In this document: positions 27,301 through 38,832 of the stretch, piece by piece
Numbering within the stretch: position 1 is the first letter of the stretch
How the letters are laid out: the number at the start of each line of letters is the position of its first letter
Assembly: GCF_000143415.4 (NCBI RefSeq)
Contig: NW_003314274.1
Location: forward strand, 270,794 to 334,793
Direction of reading: 5' to 3'
DNA: 64,000 nucleotides
DNA from: Selaginella moellendorffii
Taxonomy: Eukaryota > Plantae > Lycopodiophyta
Made by a program: the position numbers and the translations under genes
The notes under the pieces: generated by a model
Databases searched by the model: none
What the model saw: the letters and a program-made list of their open reading frames with translations, nothing else
What the model was told of the DNA's origin: nothing

Positions 27301-30215
27301 ATGATGATATAATCATTGAAAAATCCAAGGCTAGAGTGAATATGGACAAACAAGTGGGATCACTTGATGAAGTGTTCAAAAGTCAACTCTAGCTCCCCCA
27401 AGAGATCGAATGGTTGATATTCCCAATCCAAGTGTGGGTGGCATTACCTACATGGATACTTGGCATGGCTCATTGGAACTTTGTTTTAGCCATATAAGTA
27501 AGGCACCTAAGGGTAAAAGGTGGGGAAAGTACCTACGAGGTTTGCGTAGGGCCACAAATGTCATCCCAAAATCCGAGACTATGGAAAGGAAGAAGATAGT
27601 GTAGTGACCAAGGATATGGTCACATAGTAAGGAAGTCCTAAAGGTTAGTTGGATTTAGTGGTCAGGCCTTTAGGCCTTGATCCAGTGGCAGTGTTGGCAA
27701 GTACGACTGTGAATGGAGAGAGACTTGGTTGGAATATAAAAAGGGATATTGGGGAAGGGTGTTCCTTATGTCTTTGGGCATCCTAAGGGTGCTAAGGTGT
27801 GGTCAAGGGATGACCACTCATTGATAAATAGCCCAATCTTTGAGAAACGAGATTGTGATGCAAGTGGTCTTGGACTACTGATGTGGCAAGGGTGAATAGA
27901 TATGGCCTTAGTGTAATGGGTTGATATATCAACAGCATCTTTGGGTATTGATTATTGAATCAAACACATGGAGCATGAGGACTAAGTGCAAAGGCTAAGT
28001 GGTATAGATGCCATTCATGAGGTTAACATGTCCCTAAATCTTAAATAGGATTTACAGAGGTTGTAAGTGAAACTCTTCCAAATGGTCAAGGGTGTGGTTA
28101 AGTGACTAAGGTAGAATGGAAAAATTAGTCGCTTACAAATCATTTGTGATATCTACTAACCCTCCAAGGGAAACTCAAAGATAGTTTTGTTAAGATCTTT
28201 ATTGACATGGATGCTTTAGATAATTTTGTAGCTATAAGCATAGTTCGACAAGCTTAACTAATGGAGCAGTGGCTGAGAGAACTAAGGACTCTAGATTTTT
28301 TTCAAGGTAGCCAAACCACTAATGAGGTACATTAACAAGTAAAAGTCAAAGTACAAACATAGAAAGTGGATATGAATTTCACCATTTTGGACATAATAAG
28401 ATTTAACATGATCTTTGGAGATGAGTTCAATAGGTTTGTGGTGGGCTTGCACAAACAAGGTAGGAACCTAGTGGTATTGGCGCATGTTTGAGGAAAATGA
28501 TTTAGGGTGCAAGCTCTGAATCTAAGTGAATACCTAAGGAAAACAATCTAGGGTGAAGGCTTAAGATCTAAAGGTAGGGCAATATAAAGCCAAAGACTTC
28601 TACTTAAACCTAGTGTTTATAAAAAGACTACTCATTAAAGGAACCAAAGCAGCATTTTTAAGCTTACTTCCAATAGGGAGTGACAAAAACACAAGAACAT
28701 AGGAAGTACTTTTGGTAATCTATTGGGTGTTAAACCAATTTCGAGATACTATGCTAGAGGAGTTACCAGTGGGGTTACCCTCTGCATAACTAATAGAATA
28801 TAAGATCGAGCTAGTCAAGAGTGTTAAAATGGTGATTCATCCCCCTATCAATTGAACAAAAAAGAACTTGAAAAGCTCAAGCACCAACTTGAGAAATTAA
28901 TGAATAAAGGGTATGTTAGGTTGAGAAAGTTGCCATATGGGGCACTAGTATTATTTATGAAAAAGAAAGATGGCTATATACACATATGTATAGACTACCA
29001 GTTGCTCAACTAGTATATAAATAAGAACAAATACACTTTACCAAGGATTGAGGACTTGTTTGATAATTTGGAAAATGCAAAATACTTTTTAAGGATTGAC
29101 CTAAGTTCAAAATATTATTAGATCAGGGTAGCAAAAGATGATGTCAAAAGAACAACTTGTGGAACAAGATATGGAAGCTTTGAGTTTCTAGTGATGGCCT
29201 TTGAGTTGTGCAATGCACCGGCAATGTTCTTGGCATTAATAAACCACATTTTTGTACCCTATCTAGATCACTTTGTAATCATCTATATTGATAACATCCT
29301 AATCTATAACAAGACGCTAAAGCAGTATGCTAAACACTTGGCGAAGGTGTTTGAGAAACTAAGGAACGCAAGTTGTATGCTAAAAAGAGTAAATGTGACT
29401 TTGCTTAACAAGAGATAAAGTTTCTCCAGCATATGGTGGCAAAGACAGGCTCAAAGTGGACCCTAAAAAGGTCTAAGCAATCCAGCAATGGGAACGATCA
29501 TTAAATATACATGAGTTAAGGTGTTTTTGGGGATATGCAACTACTACCGAAAGTTTATCAAACACTATTCAAAAGTAACCCTACTTTTAACGAACGAAAC
29601 AGAGAAAAACGAAGATGGTATAAATAGTGGAATGCAAAATGGCATTTGTCCATCTCAAAGGGAAATTGAGGAAGACTCCTGTGTTGGCATTATTTGATAG
29701 TAAGGACTTTGAAGTAGAAATGGATGCTTCAGAATTTGCATTGAGCATAGTTTTAAAGTAAAATAACCACCCAATGGCATTCTTCTCAAAAAAGTTTGAT
29801 AAGACTCAGCGAAAGTGGCATGTCTATAAAAAGGAATTGTTTGTAGTGGTCAAAGCACTCAAGGAATGACAACACTACATTGGGAGACACTGGTATATAT
29901 GGATAATATGGCAACAAAACACTTATCACAACCTGACCTATGAGGAAAACAAAGTTAGTGACCAATGCTTTAGCCAAGTTTGATTGTGAGATTCTGTATC
30001 CTAGGAAGAGCATTATTATAATAAATGTGCTAAGTCAAAAAGCAAATTTAAAGTTGGTGATATCCAGTGAGACAACCACCTTTTGGGACAATGTGCAGAT
30101 AACGTATGAGGACGATGGTCTAGCATAAGAAGTGTGGCTAAGGAACCAAGACGTGGCTCATTAAAGAGGCAAGCCGCGTATAGAAGAAAAAATAAGTTAT
30201 GTGGAACGTAATGAA
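24340..30215 (+). mobile_element. Family E Ty3/gypsy chromovirus, 3'-truncated: 5' LTR 24340-25382, decayed PBS, gag, protease, RT, RNase H (pseudogenised)
   Basis: LTR matches the solo LTR at 33299-34418. Gag YKPKPPSIFKG. RT fragment MAFELCNAPAMF..FVIIYIDNILIY. RNase H region encodes VEMDASEFAL. Confidence 0.88.
26537..28137 (+). mobile_element. Solo LTR of family D inserted between gag and protease of the E element; contains a GAGTCCGAGATG-type array (~26765-27160)
   Basis: TSD AGTCA/AATCA. Removal restores ..GGTAAAGAGTCA|TTTGTGATATC.., matching the copy at 31620-31660 (rc). Confidence 0.82.
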
Positions 30216-31700
30216 CATCTTCTTTTTTCCCGTTTTGTCTGTTAAAGGTAGGGTTACTCTTGAATAGTGTTTAATAAACTTTTGATAGTAGTTGCATAAC
30301 CCCAAGAATACCTTTAACTTATGTACATTCGATAGTTATTCCCATTCCTAGATTATTTGGACCTCCTTAGGGTCCACTTTGAGCCCGCCTTTGCCCACTA
30401 CATGCTTAATAAACTTTGCATCTTATTAAGTAAAGTTATATTTTCTTTCTTTAGCGTATAACTTGTGTTTCTTTAGTTTCTTAAACATATTTATCAAGTG
30501 TTTGATATGCTCCTCTAGCATTTTGTTATAGATTAAAATGTTGTCAATATAGATGACCACAAAGGGATTTAAATAGGGTATAAAGATGTGGTTCATTAGC
30601 ACTAAGAATTTTGCTAACACATTGCACAATCCAAAGAGCATCACTAGGAACTCAAATCTCCCATACCTTGTCTAATATATTGTCTTCTTAATATCTTCTT
30701 TTGCTACCTTGATTTAGTAGTATCCTAACTTTAAGTCAAATCTTGAGAAGTATTTTACCTTTCCCAACTTATTGAACAAGTTCACAATCCTTGATAAAGG
30801 GTGTTTGTTCTTCTTCATATACTTGTTGAGCAAATGATAGTCTATATATGCACATCTTTTTTATTCACAAATAACACCGGTGCCCCATATAATAACTTGC
30901 TCAACCTAACATACTACCATTTATCAATCAATTCCTCATGTTGGTGTTTGAGCTTATCGAGTTCTTTTTTGTTCAACCAATAAAGGGGATGAACCACTGC
31001 CTTAGCACCCTCAACCAACTCAATATTATATTTTATTAGCTAAGCATGCGGCAACCCTACTGGTAATTCCTCTGGCATAGTATTTTAAATTAATCTAACA
31101 TCTACTAAATCACTAAAAGCACTTTATTTATTCATGTATCTTTGTTGCTCACCATTGAGAGTAAGCATAAAAATGTTACTTTGGTTCCTTTAGTGAGTTA
31201 TCCTCTCATGGATATGAGGTTTAAACATGAGTCTTTAGCTTTATATTGCCCTACCTTTAGATCTTAAAGTTTCACTCTAAATCATTCCCCTCAAACATTC
31301 ACCAATACCATTAGGTTTCTACCTTGTCTATGCAAGGCTACCACAAATCAATTGAACCTATCCATCCCAAATATCATGTCAAATTCTACTATGTCCATGT
31401 CTATATTCACTTTCTATGTCCTTTCTTTGACTCTTGTTTATTGAAGTACCTCATTGGTGCTTTGGTTACTTTGAACAAACTCTAAAGTCCTTGGTTCTCC
31501 TAGCTATTGCACTGTTAGTTAGGCTTGTTAAACTATGTTTATAGCTACAAAATTATTTGAAACACCTATGCTAATAAGGATCTTAACAAAGCTACATTTA
31601 AGTTTCCTTTGGAAAGCTAGTAGATATCACGAATGACTCTTTACCAAAATTACTCGTGTAATGAATAATTTTGAGTTAAGAACTAGATCACATATCTCTT
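30216..31700 (-). mobile_element. Second family E protease-RT segment, inverted tail-to-tail with the first
   Basis: ORF 30426-30644 LFGLCNVLAKF..VVIYIDNILIY; reverse-complement similarity to ~28143-29620. Confidence 0.85.
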
Positions 31701-33298
31701 CTTGAGAGAATGTCCCTACCTGAAGAAAGCTAAAGTCAATATAGCCATTAAATCGGGTGACTTCCAAACTGTGTTTCACTTCACCACAATTGTAATATAT
31801 ATATTATTCCCCACACTACTACCAAACTTGGTTTGTTTATCAATGTGTTTGTCCCTTTTTGTCTGACTCTACACTCACATATAGTTTTTATACAATCACA
31901 AATTATATTATTGTATTAGAGGTGTTGAAGGATGTAGAAAGTTACTATAGTCATGTTGTATGGTGTGGAGATGTAGAGACCTAGACTTCGCATAAAATAA
32001 TGGCAAGAGCTTGAAGGGCTGAAACAAAAGTTCATCCTAATAGAATTTGGGGCTTAGAGTTGATTTGCTTGCAAGATTTCTCATCAAATCTTGCAAGCAA
32101 CACCACAAATTAGCAAACTTATCCAATTTCTCACACAAATGGAGATATGTCAATAAACAATCATCACGCAAAGAATGCATGGTCTACTTACCATGGAAGG
32201 AAACAAAAAAAGGAAATGACATATGCAAAACAAACAAAACAAATGGCCTAGGTGTGGGAGCACCCAACCAACAAAAGCAAATAGTGAAGCAAACCCAATT
32301 GAGCCCAAGAGACAACTTAGTAACTGTTTGGAGGTGAATAGGAAGGCAAGAATGAGAGGATGGTAATAGAGATCTTCATAATAACATTCTCAAGAGCTAC
32401 CTCCTAAAGTGAGAAAGGGAGTATAGAGTATAGTAGAAGTGAAAACTATGGAGTGGCTTGGGCATAGAGATGGCAGAACCTATGTATGGAAGGAACAAAA
32501 AGACCCTCAAAATGAACTTGCAAATAAGTCTTATGCTTATTGTTGGGCACATCAAAACTGCCAAAATAGAATATAAATAAAATGGGTTTCTACTTAAACT
32601 TGTGTAACCAAATCTTGAGGACAATTTAGATGCAAATTTAATATTCCCAAAAAAATATTCTTTTTTATTCATGCTATGCATGCCCCCCATTCCCCAACTA
32701 GCTTGCCCAAGGACCATATCATTGGCAACTTATGGCTGCCCACCACTGCTATATCACTCACAAAACCTTAGTATGTGAAATGAGCAGGCTCTAGCAAGTT
32801 ATGAGAAGGCAACAATATCAAACACAAATCCTATAGCCCCAAAGTGGAGCCAAAAGTGTAGCAGGGAGAGTGTGGGGGTTGGACTCTAGTGGAATCAATT
32901 TGGCCAGAAAAGGTTAATATGACCCAGAAAGGTTATACCCACGTGGTGGATGATGATATAACCATTAAAGAGTCCAAAACTAGAGTGAACGTAAACGGAT
33001 AAGTGGGGCAAATTGGTAAAGTGTTCAAAAGCTAACTATAACTCCCCTGTAACAAACTAAATTTTTTATTTTACTTTAGTCACCTAGTCACACCTTCGAT
33101 CATTTGAAGGAGTCTCACTCACAACCTCCTTGAGTCCTATTCCGGACTTGGGGACTTGCTAGTCCCAAGAATGGCCTCCGTGCCATTCAACCTTTGCACT
33201 TGGTCCAAGTGCTCCACATGTCCAATCCCATGATTAACACCCCAAGGTATCACCAACATACCAGCCTATTATGCTAAGGCCATGCCCATTCACCTTGG

Positions 33299-34418
33299 TG
33301 TAAAGAACCAACTCCCCGACGTGTCATAGGCTAAAGGATCCCTGAAAGCATGACCGAAATGACAAAGAGTTCATCGAATGGGACCAAGTCTGAGATTGAA
33401 TCCAAGACCGACTTTGAGACCGAGTTTGAGATAGAGTCCGGGATTGAGTCCGAGGCCGACTCGAAGACCGAGTTTGAGACAGAGTCTGAGATATGAGATC
33501 AGGTCCGAGACCGAGTCCGAGGTCGAGTCCGAAGTCGAGTCCGAGATCAGGTCTGAGATCGAGTCTGAGACCGAGTCCGAAGTCGGGTCCGAGATCGAGT
33601 CTGAGACCGAGTCCAAAGTCGGGTCCGAGATCGGGTTTGAGATCGAGTCCGAGTACTAATACAAGTCAAGAGGTGAAAGCCCAAAGCACACGTCTCCCAG
33701 GGGCCAGGGGGTGCTGCAGGGATAGTGAGGTCCAGGAACCAATCTTCAAAGAACTCTTCCAAACTGACTTGAGGTTGAGACTAGGGCCAAGGGGCCTTGG
33801 GTGGGAGTGAGCATGGAATCGAGTGGTGCCGGAGGGGCCACCCAAGGAAGTGCTCAAGAACAGCTCCCACTCCCGAAAGGGAAACCGATTGTGGTGCTCC
33901 CGGCTCATGTGAAGTGGTGCCCCACTTGAGTACCTTGTGGCTCATTGGTCCTCGCCTTTCCTAGGGGCTTGGGCCTTCCCTTTGGGATGGAAGTGGGGGG
34001 GGGTAGAGGTACCTATACCAGGCCATTAGGCCACGGTGTTTCGCCCCGGCGTCCTGAAGCAAGTGCTGCACCCAAGGCTTGGGATTTAGAGGGTCCCATG
34101 ATCAAGTCTTGTTGTACCAAGGGATGTTAGGAACCTGGAGGCTTGGTGTGCTTGGCTGCTTGTGCCTGCGGGGAGTGTAGCCGAACCTTAAGTTTAGTCT
34201 AACTCGGGGAGGGGGATTGGGAGAGATTTGGGAATCCATGGATGGATGGCTAACGCTCCGTTGCTCGTGTAGTGAGTAGTTGAAACCAAGTAGGACCAAG
34301 TAAAAACTGGTACAATAGGTGGGAACCTTAGTGAGGGAACTTAGCAAAAGCTAAGGCAATGTTGGTCAGATAGACAAGGTAAATTGGCAAATTGGAAAGA
34401 AAAAGTTTGTGGATTACA
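33299..34418 (+). mobile_element. Solo LTR of family E (1120 bp) inside the D 3' LTR; hexamer-derived array at ~33380-33655
   Basis: TGTAAAG...GATTACA; perfect TSD CTTGG (33294-98 and 34419-23). Confidence 0.9.
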
Positions 34419-35169
34419 CTTGGTCACACCGGTGGTCCAACACCACCTGCATCGCAGTCCTGTCTTTCAAAGACTAGGCCATCCATCCATGAGTGACCAT
34501 CCTAAGTCCACTCCTTAACATCCTTAAGATGCCTGTAAACATGAGGAACAACCTTCCCCAATATCCCTTTTACAATCCCCACCAAGTCCTTTTTCTGTCC
34601 ATGGCCGTGTTCACCAACACTGCCAATGGGACAAGGCCCACAGGCCCGACCACTAAGTCCCACTATCCTTTGGGACTTCCTCACCATATGACCGTATTAT
34701 TGGTCACTACACCAAAGGATCATTCCTCTTCCTTTCCATAGTCTGGGACTTTGGGACAACATTTCGGAACATTGTGGCCCTACACGAGCCTTATAGGCAC
34801 TCTCCCCACCTTTTGCATTTTGGTGCTCTAGCCGTGGGCTTAGAGCGAGGTTCCGTTAAGCCACGCTAGGTATCCAAGTAGGTAGTGCCACCCACACTTG
34901 GGCTGAGAGCATCGACCATTCGATCTCTCGGGGGAACTAGAGCCGGCTCTTGAACACTTCACCAAGCTACCCCGCTTGTCGGTCCATATTCACTTTAGCT
35001 TTGGACTTCCCAATGGTTATCCCATCACCCAACACTTAGGTACGGCCTTCTTGGGCCAAATTGGCCTTTTTTGGCCAAACTGGCTCCACTAGAGTCTTCC
35101 CCCCTACTATACTTTTGGAGCTCACCAAACCCCCCAGGGTCTAGGAGACGAACGCTTTGGGCTTTCACC

Positions 35170-35600
35170 CTCAGACTCGAACTCGGACTTGGACTCGGAC
35201 TCAGACTCGGACTTGGACTCGGACCCGGCCTCGGTCCCGGTCTTGGCCTCTGTCTAGGTCCTAGTCCTAGTCCCAGTCCTAGTCTCGGTCTTGGTCTCAG
35301 TCTCAGTCTCGGTCTCTGTCTCGACCTCGGACTCCATCTCAGGTTCTTCTCGGACTCCATCTCGGATTCCATCTTGGGTCCATCTCAGACTCCATATCGG
35401 ACTCCATCTCAGACTCCGTCTCAGGTCCATCTTGGACTCCATCTCAGACTCCATCTCGAGTCCATCTCGGACTTCATCTCGGGTCCATCTTGGACACCAT
35501 CTTGGACTCCATCTCGGACTCCATCTCGAGTCCATCTCGGACTTCATCTCGGGTCCATCTTGGACACCATCTTGGACTCCATCTCGGACTCCATCTTGGG
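35170..35600. repeat. 6/12-bp minisatellite (GGACTC / GGACTCCATCTC) in the D LTR; counterpart at ~42260-42600
   Basis: Direct observation; copy number differs between the two LTRs of the same element. Confidence 0.9.
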
Positions 35601-36265
35601 TCCTCTTGTGCCCCTTTTCTAGAGACTCACTTATTGCTCGCTTCATATTTGTTCCTCGAGCCTTTCATTAGGAGTTTCACTCCCACTTTCAACCTTTCAA
35701 GTTAGAGTTTTTAATCCAAATGTGTTACGCTCGTTTAGCTTTTGCTTCAGCCACTACCATGTGGCACCCTTTCGGCTCCATATTGGGGCTTAGGGATTTG
35801 TGTCTCACAACTCCACCACCCATAGACGAAGTTCGATATCTTTATTGAATGATAAACTATTTTATAAAGTAATACTAGCATGTATTACCCTTCCCATCCT
35901 TGGCACTTAGCCAATATTTGTCAAGGGTTGACACCAAAGGCTCACCCTGCCTCGTCCATCCTCTAAGGAATATAGTCTCTCTAACATAGAGAATCGATTG
36001 ACCACTTGTGGTGGTTCTTTCCCTTTTATTGGTTTAACTCTCACTAAACCCATTAGAGACACCTTCTCTATCTCAATTCTACTACTCATTCTCGAGTAGT
36101 CTCAACTTCTATTGATATAACCATTCCTTTTTCAAACTTTAAGTCTTGACTTCTTGAAGTCAATGTCTTAAGTGTCTCTGACAGCTTTCATTACACATAT
36201 TGTGCAAATTCCACTTCCCCATCCCAGGAAGTTCTTTAATTGAGGGCACCATCCTCCTCTTTTTT

Positions 36266-36436
36266 ATTTCGTGCCACCTTTGGCACTAAGTTCCAATTAT
36301 CATAAGTTGTGCTAAGGCTATCCACAGCCCTATCATTTAGCTACCTTGCCTATTTCGTGCCACCTTTGGCAGTAAATTCCAATTATCATATGTTGTGCTA
36401 GGGCTGTCCACGACCCTATCATTTGGCTACCTTGCC
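36266..36436. repeat. ~85-bp direct tandem repeat, 2 copies
   Basis: TATTTCGTGCCACCTTTGGCA...CTACCTTGCC occurs twice in tandem. Confidence 0.8.
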
Positions 36437-36445
36437 ACTCCCTCT

Positions 36446-37029
36446 TATAAGCTCCTGAGTTTGGACTTCCTGGGAGGTCACCTAGCCTAATACTATTCAA
36501 ACCTAAGGATGTTTAACCCCAAGTATCCCAAGACCCTTAACCGATTGGAAAAGGGGGTGCACGGGCCCTTTCCCTTTATATTTAAACCCCATAGATGGTC
36601 TTTTGAGTCGTTCCTTTTGGTTGCTTACAATCCACTACGCTTCTTTGTAAGTTCACACCCTCGTGAACAAAAGCTGAGAGCTGCAGCTCTCTCAAGAGCC
36701 CCGCTCTCTTGACACCCTACCCCTCGGGTCAAGCCCAGCAGGAGTAAACTAGACTAGCCAGATGTCAATCAACATGTGCTGTGATTCCCTTAACCAACCA
36801 ACAGAGTCGGACTTGAGACCGCCTTTGATACCAAATGTAAGCTCTTGAGTTTTGACTTCTCGGGAGGTCACCCAACCCAGTACTATTCAAACCCAAGGAT
36901 GTTTAACCCTAAGTATCCTAAAACCCTTAACTGATTGGAAAAAGGGGTGCATTCTTATTCATGGGCCCTTTCCCTTTATATTTGAACTCCATGGATCGTC
37001 TTTTGAGTCGTTCCCTTTAGTTGTTTGCA
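36446..37029 (-). mobile_element. Cassandra-type TRIM (older copy), LTRs 36446-36629 and 36836-37029
   Basis: Same 5S-like LTR as the 38101 copy. Met PBS (tttgatacca). TSD CCTCT/CCTCC. Confidence 0.85.
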
Positions 37030-38100
37030 CCTCCCTTAGAGCTTGCACCTTTACCAAATTAGAGCATTTGGGAATCTATTTTTGGAAACACACTTCCTTT
37101 CTCATAATCCATTAGTATCCAACACATTAGTGTTTTTTGCTTAACTTTGCCATTTGGATTCCTTCCAATGAATTCCATGGCCCACACTTGGCCACTAGTG
37201 TTTTGCTTTTATCTATTGATTGTTGCACCAAGCAACATAGGATCACTACCTCCATTCTCGAAGTATTTTTTTGGTTCCATGGCAAAGGCTCTACTTTGCT
37301 GAGTTCTAAAGGTGCTCACCCTTAGTAGGTCTCTTTAGCATTTTCTGTTACGGGCTTCGTCTATGGTCCAACTTTGCGACCCTCCTATAGGTCTTTCCTA
37401 GAGACTATTTTCTTGGATTCATTATACCATTGTTTCAGTATAATTGATTTCCTTTTAGGTGTCCTTCCCACTTGGTCACCTTGACCAAGACACACCATCT
37501 TTAATAGTTCAAGTCAACACTTTGAACTAGGAATCATGTTCCTTAACCCAAACAAAGACCTTGTCCTTGTTTAGCCACAAGTTCACCTAGTGATATCATC
37601 TTGACCATTTAACAGGTCTACCAATGGGAATTAAATCTTCCAGGCCTTTTAAATTGTTGACTATGACCCCAGGGGCATCCCCCACACTTGGTGGTGAGCC
37701 CAAGCTAGCTCTTCCAACCAAGGATCCATAACAACTGAGATTAGGTGTCCCCATCTCATTCACCATGACCTTGGTGCTACTTTGCACCAAAGTATTCAAG
37801 TTAGATATGCCAAGCTTTCACACTAGGCAATTTAACCGTGCATCACGACTCCGAGGCATCCCTCGCTTGGCAGTGTGCCCAAACCAGTCTCCTCACTGAG
37901 AGTCCATGACCACCGAAAAATGAGTGTCCTCGTATTCTAAACCATCACCATGCTCTAGTGATTTGGGACTCAAACCCAAACACTAGAGGGTCGGAACTCA
38001 AACCCAACCTCCATATATACATCTATGAACGGCATCACACAAGATGCTTAGTGTGACTCCCCATGCCGGTGCACCAACTTATACTCAAAGTGCGCTATGG

Positions 38101-38832
38101 TGTAAGCTCTTGAGTTTGGACTTCCCGGGATGTCACCCAGCCCAGTACTATTCAAACCCAAGGACGCTTAACTCCAACTATCCCAAGACCCTTAACCGAT
38201 TGGAAAAGGGGGTGCACTCTTGTTCATGGGCCCTTTCCCTCTATATTTGAACCCCAACAGATCGTCTCTCAAGTCGTTCCCTTTGGTTGCTTACAATCCA
38301 CCACGCTTCCCTGCAAGTTCACGCCCTCGTGAACGATTGGAAAAGGGGGTGCACTCTTGTTCATGGGCCCTTTCCCTCTATATTTGAACCCCAACAGATC
38401 GTCTCTCAAGTCGTTCCCTTTGGTTGCTTACAATCCACCACGCTTCCCTGCAAGTTCACGCCCTCGTGAACGGAAGCTGAGAGCCACAGCTCTCCCGAGA
38501 GCCCTGCTCTCTTGACACCCTACCCCTCGGGTCGAGCCCAGCGGGAGCAAACTGGACCAGCCAGATGTCAATCAACATGTGGTGTGATTCCCTTAGCCAA
38601 CCAACAGAGTCGGACTCAAGACCTCTCTGATACCAAATGTAAGCTCTTGAGTTTGGACTTCCCGGGATGTCACCCAGCCCAGTACTATTCAAACCCAAGG
38701 ACGCTTAACTCCAACTATCCCAAGACCCTTAACCGATTGGAAAAGGGGGTGCACTCTTGTTCATGGGCCCTTTCCCTCTATATTTGAACCCCAACAGATC
38801 GTCTCTCAAGTCGTTCCTTTTGGTTGCTTACA
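38101..38832 (-). mobile_element. Cassandra-type TRIM (young copy), 195-bp LTRs 38101-38295 and 38638-38832 carrying a 5S rRNA A-box/IE/C-box segment
   Basis: LTR rc AGTTAAGCGTCCTTGGGTTTGAATAGTACTGGGCTGGGTGACATCCCGGGAAGTCC versus plant 5S AGTTAAGCGTGCTTGGGCGAGAGTAGTACTAGGATGGGTGACCTCCTGGGAAGTCC. PBS ctctgatacca at 38625-35. Perfect TSD TATGG. The LTRs are nearly identical. Confidence 0.92.

Noticed and set aside
35025-35705. Ser/Asp/Pro/Arg-rich ORFs here and at ~24.4, 26.7-27.1, 33.4-33.8, 42.1-42.7 and 43.7-44.3 kb
   Set aside because: Translations of hexamer-based LTR minisatellites that are open in several frames on both strands.
38115-38175. 5S rRNA gene
   Set aside because: Only the ~56-nt internal control segment is present, embedded in TRIM LTRs; the 5S 5' half and terminator are absent.
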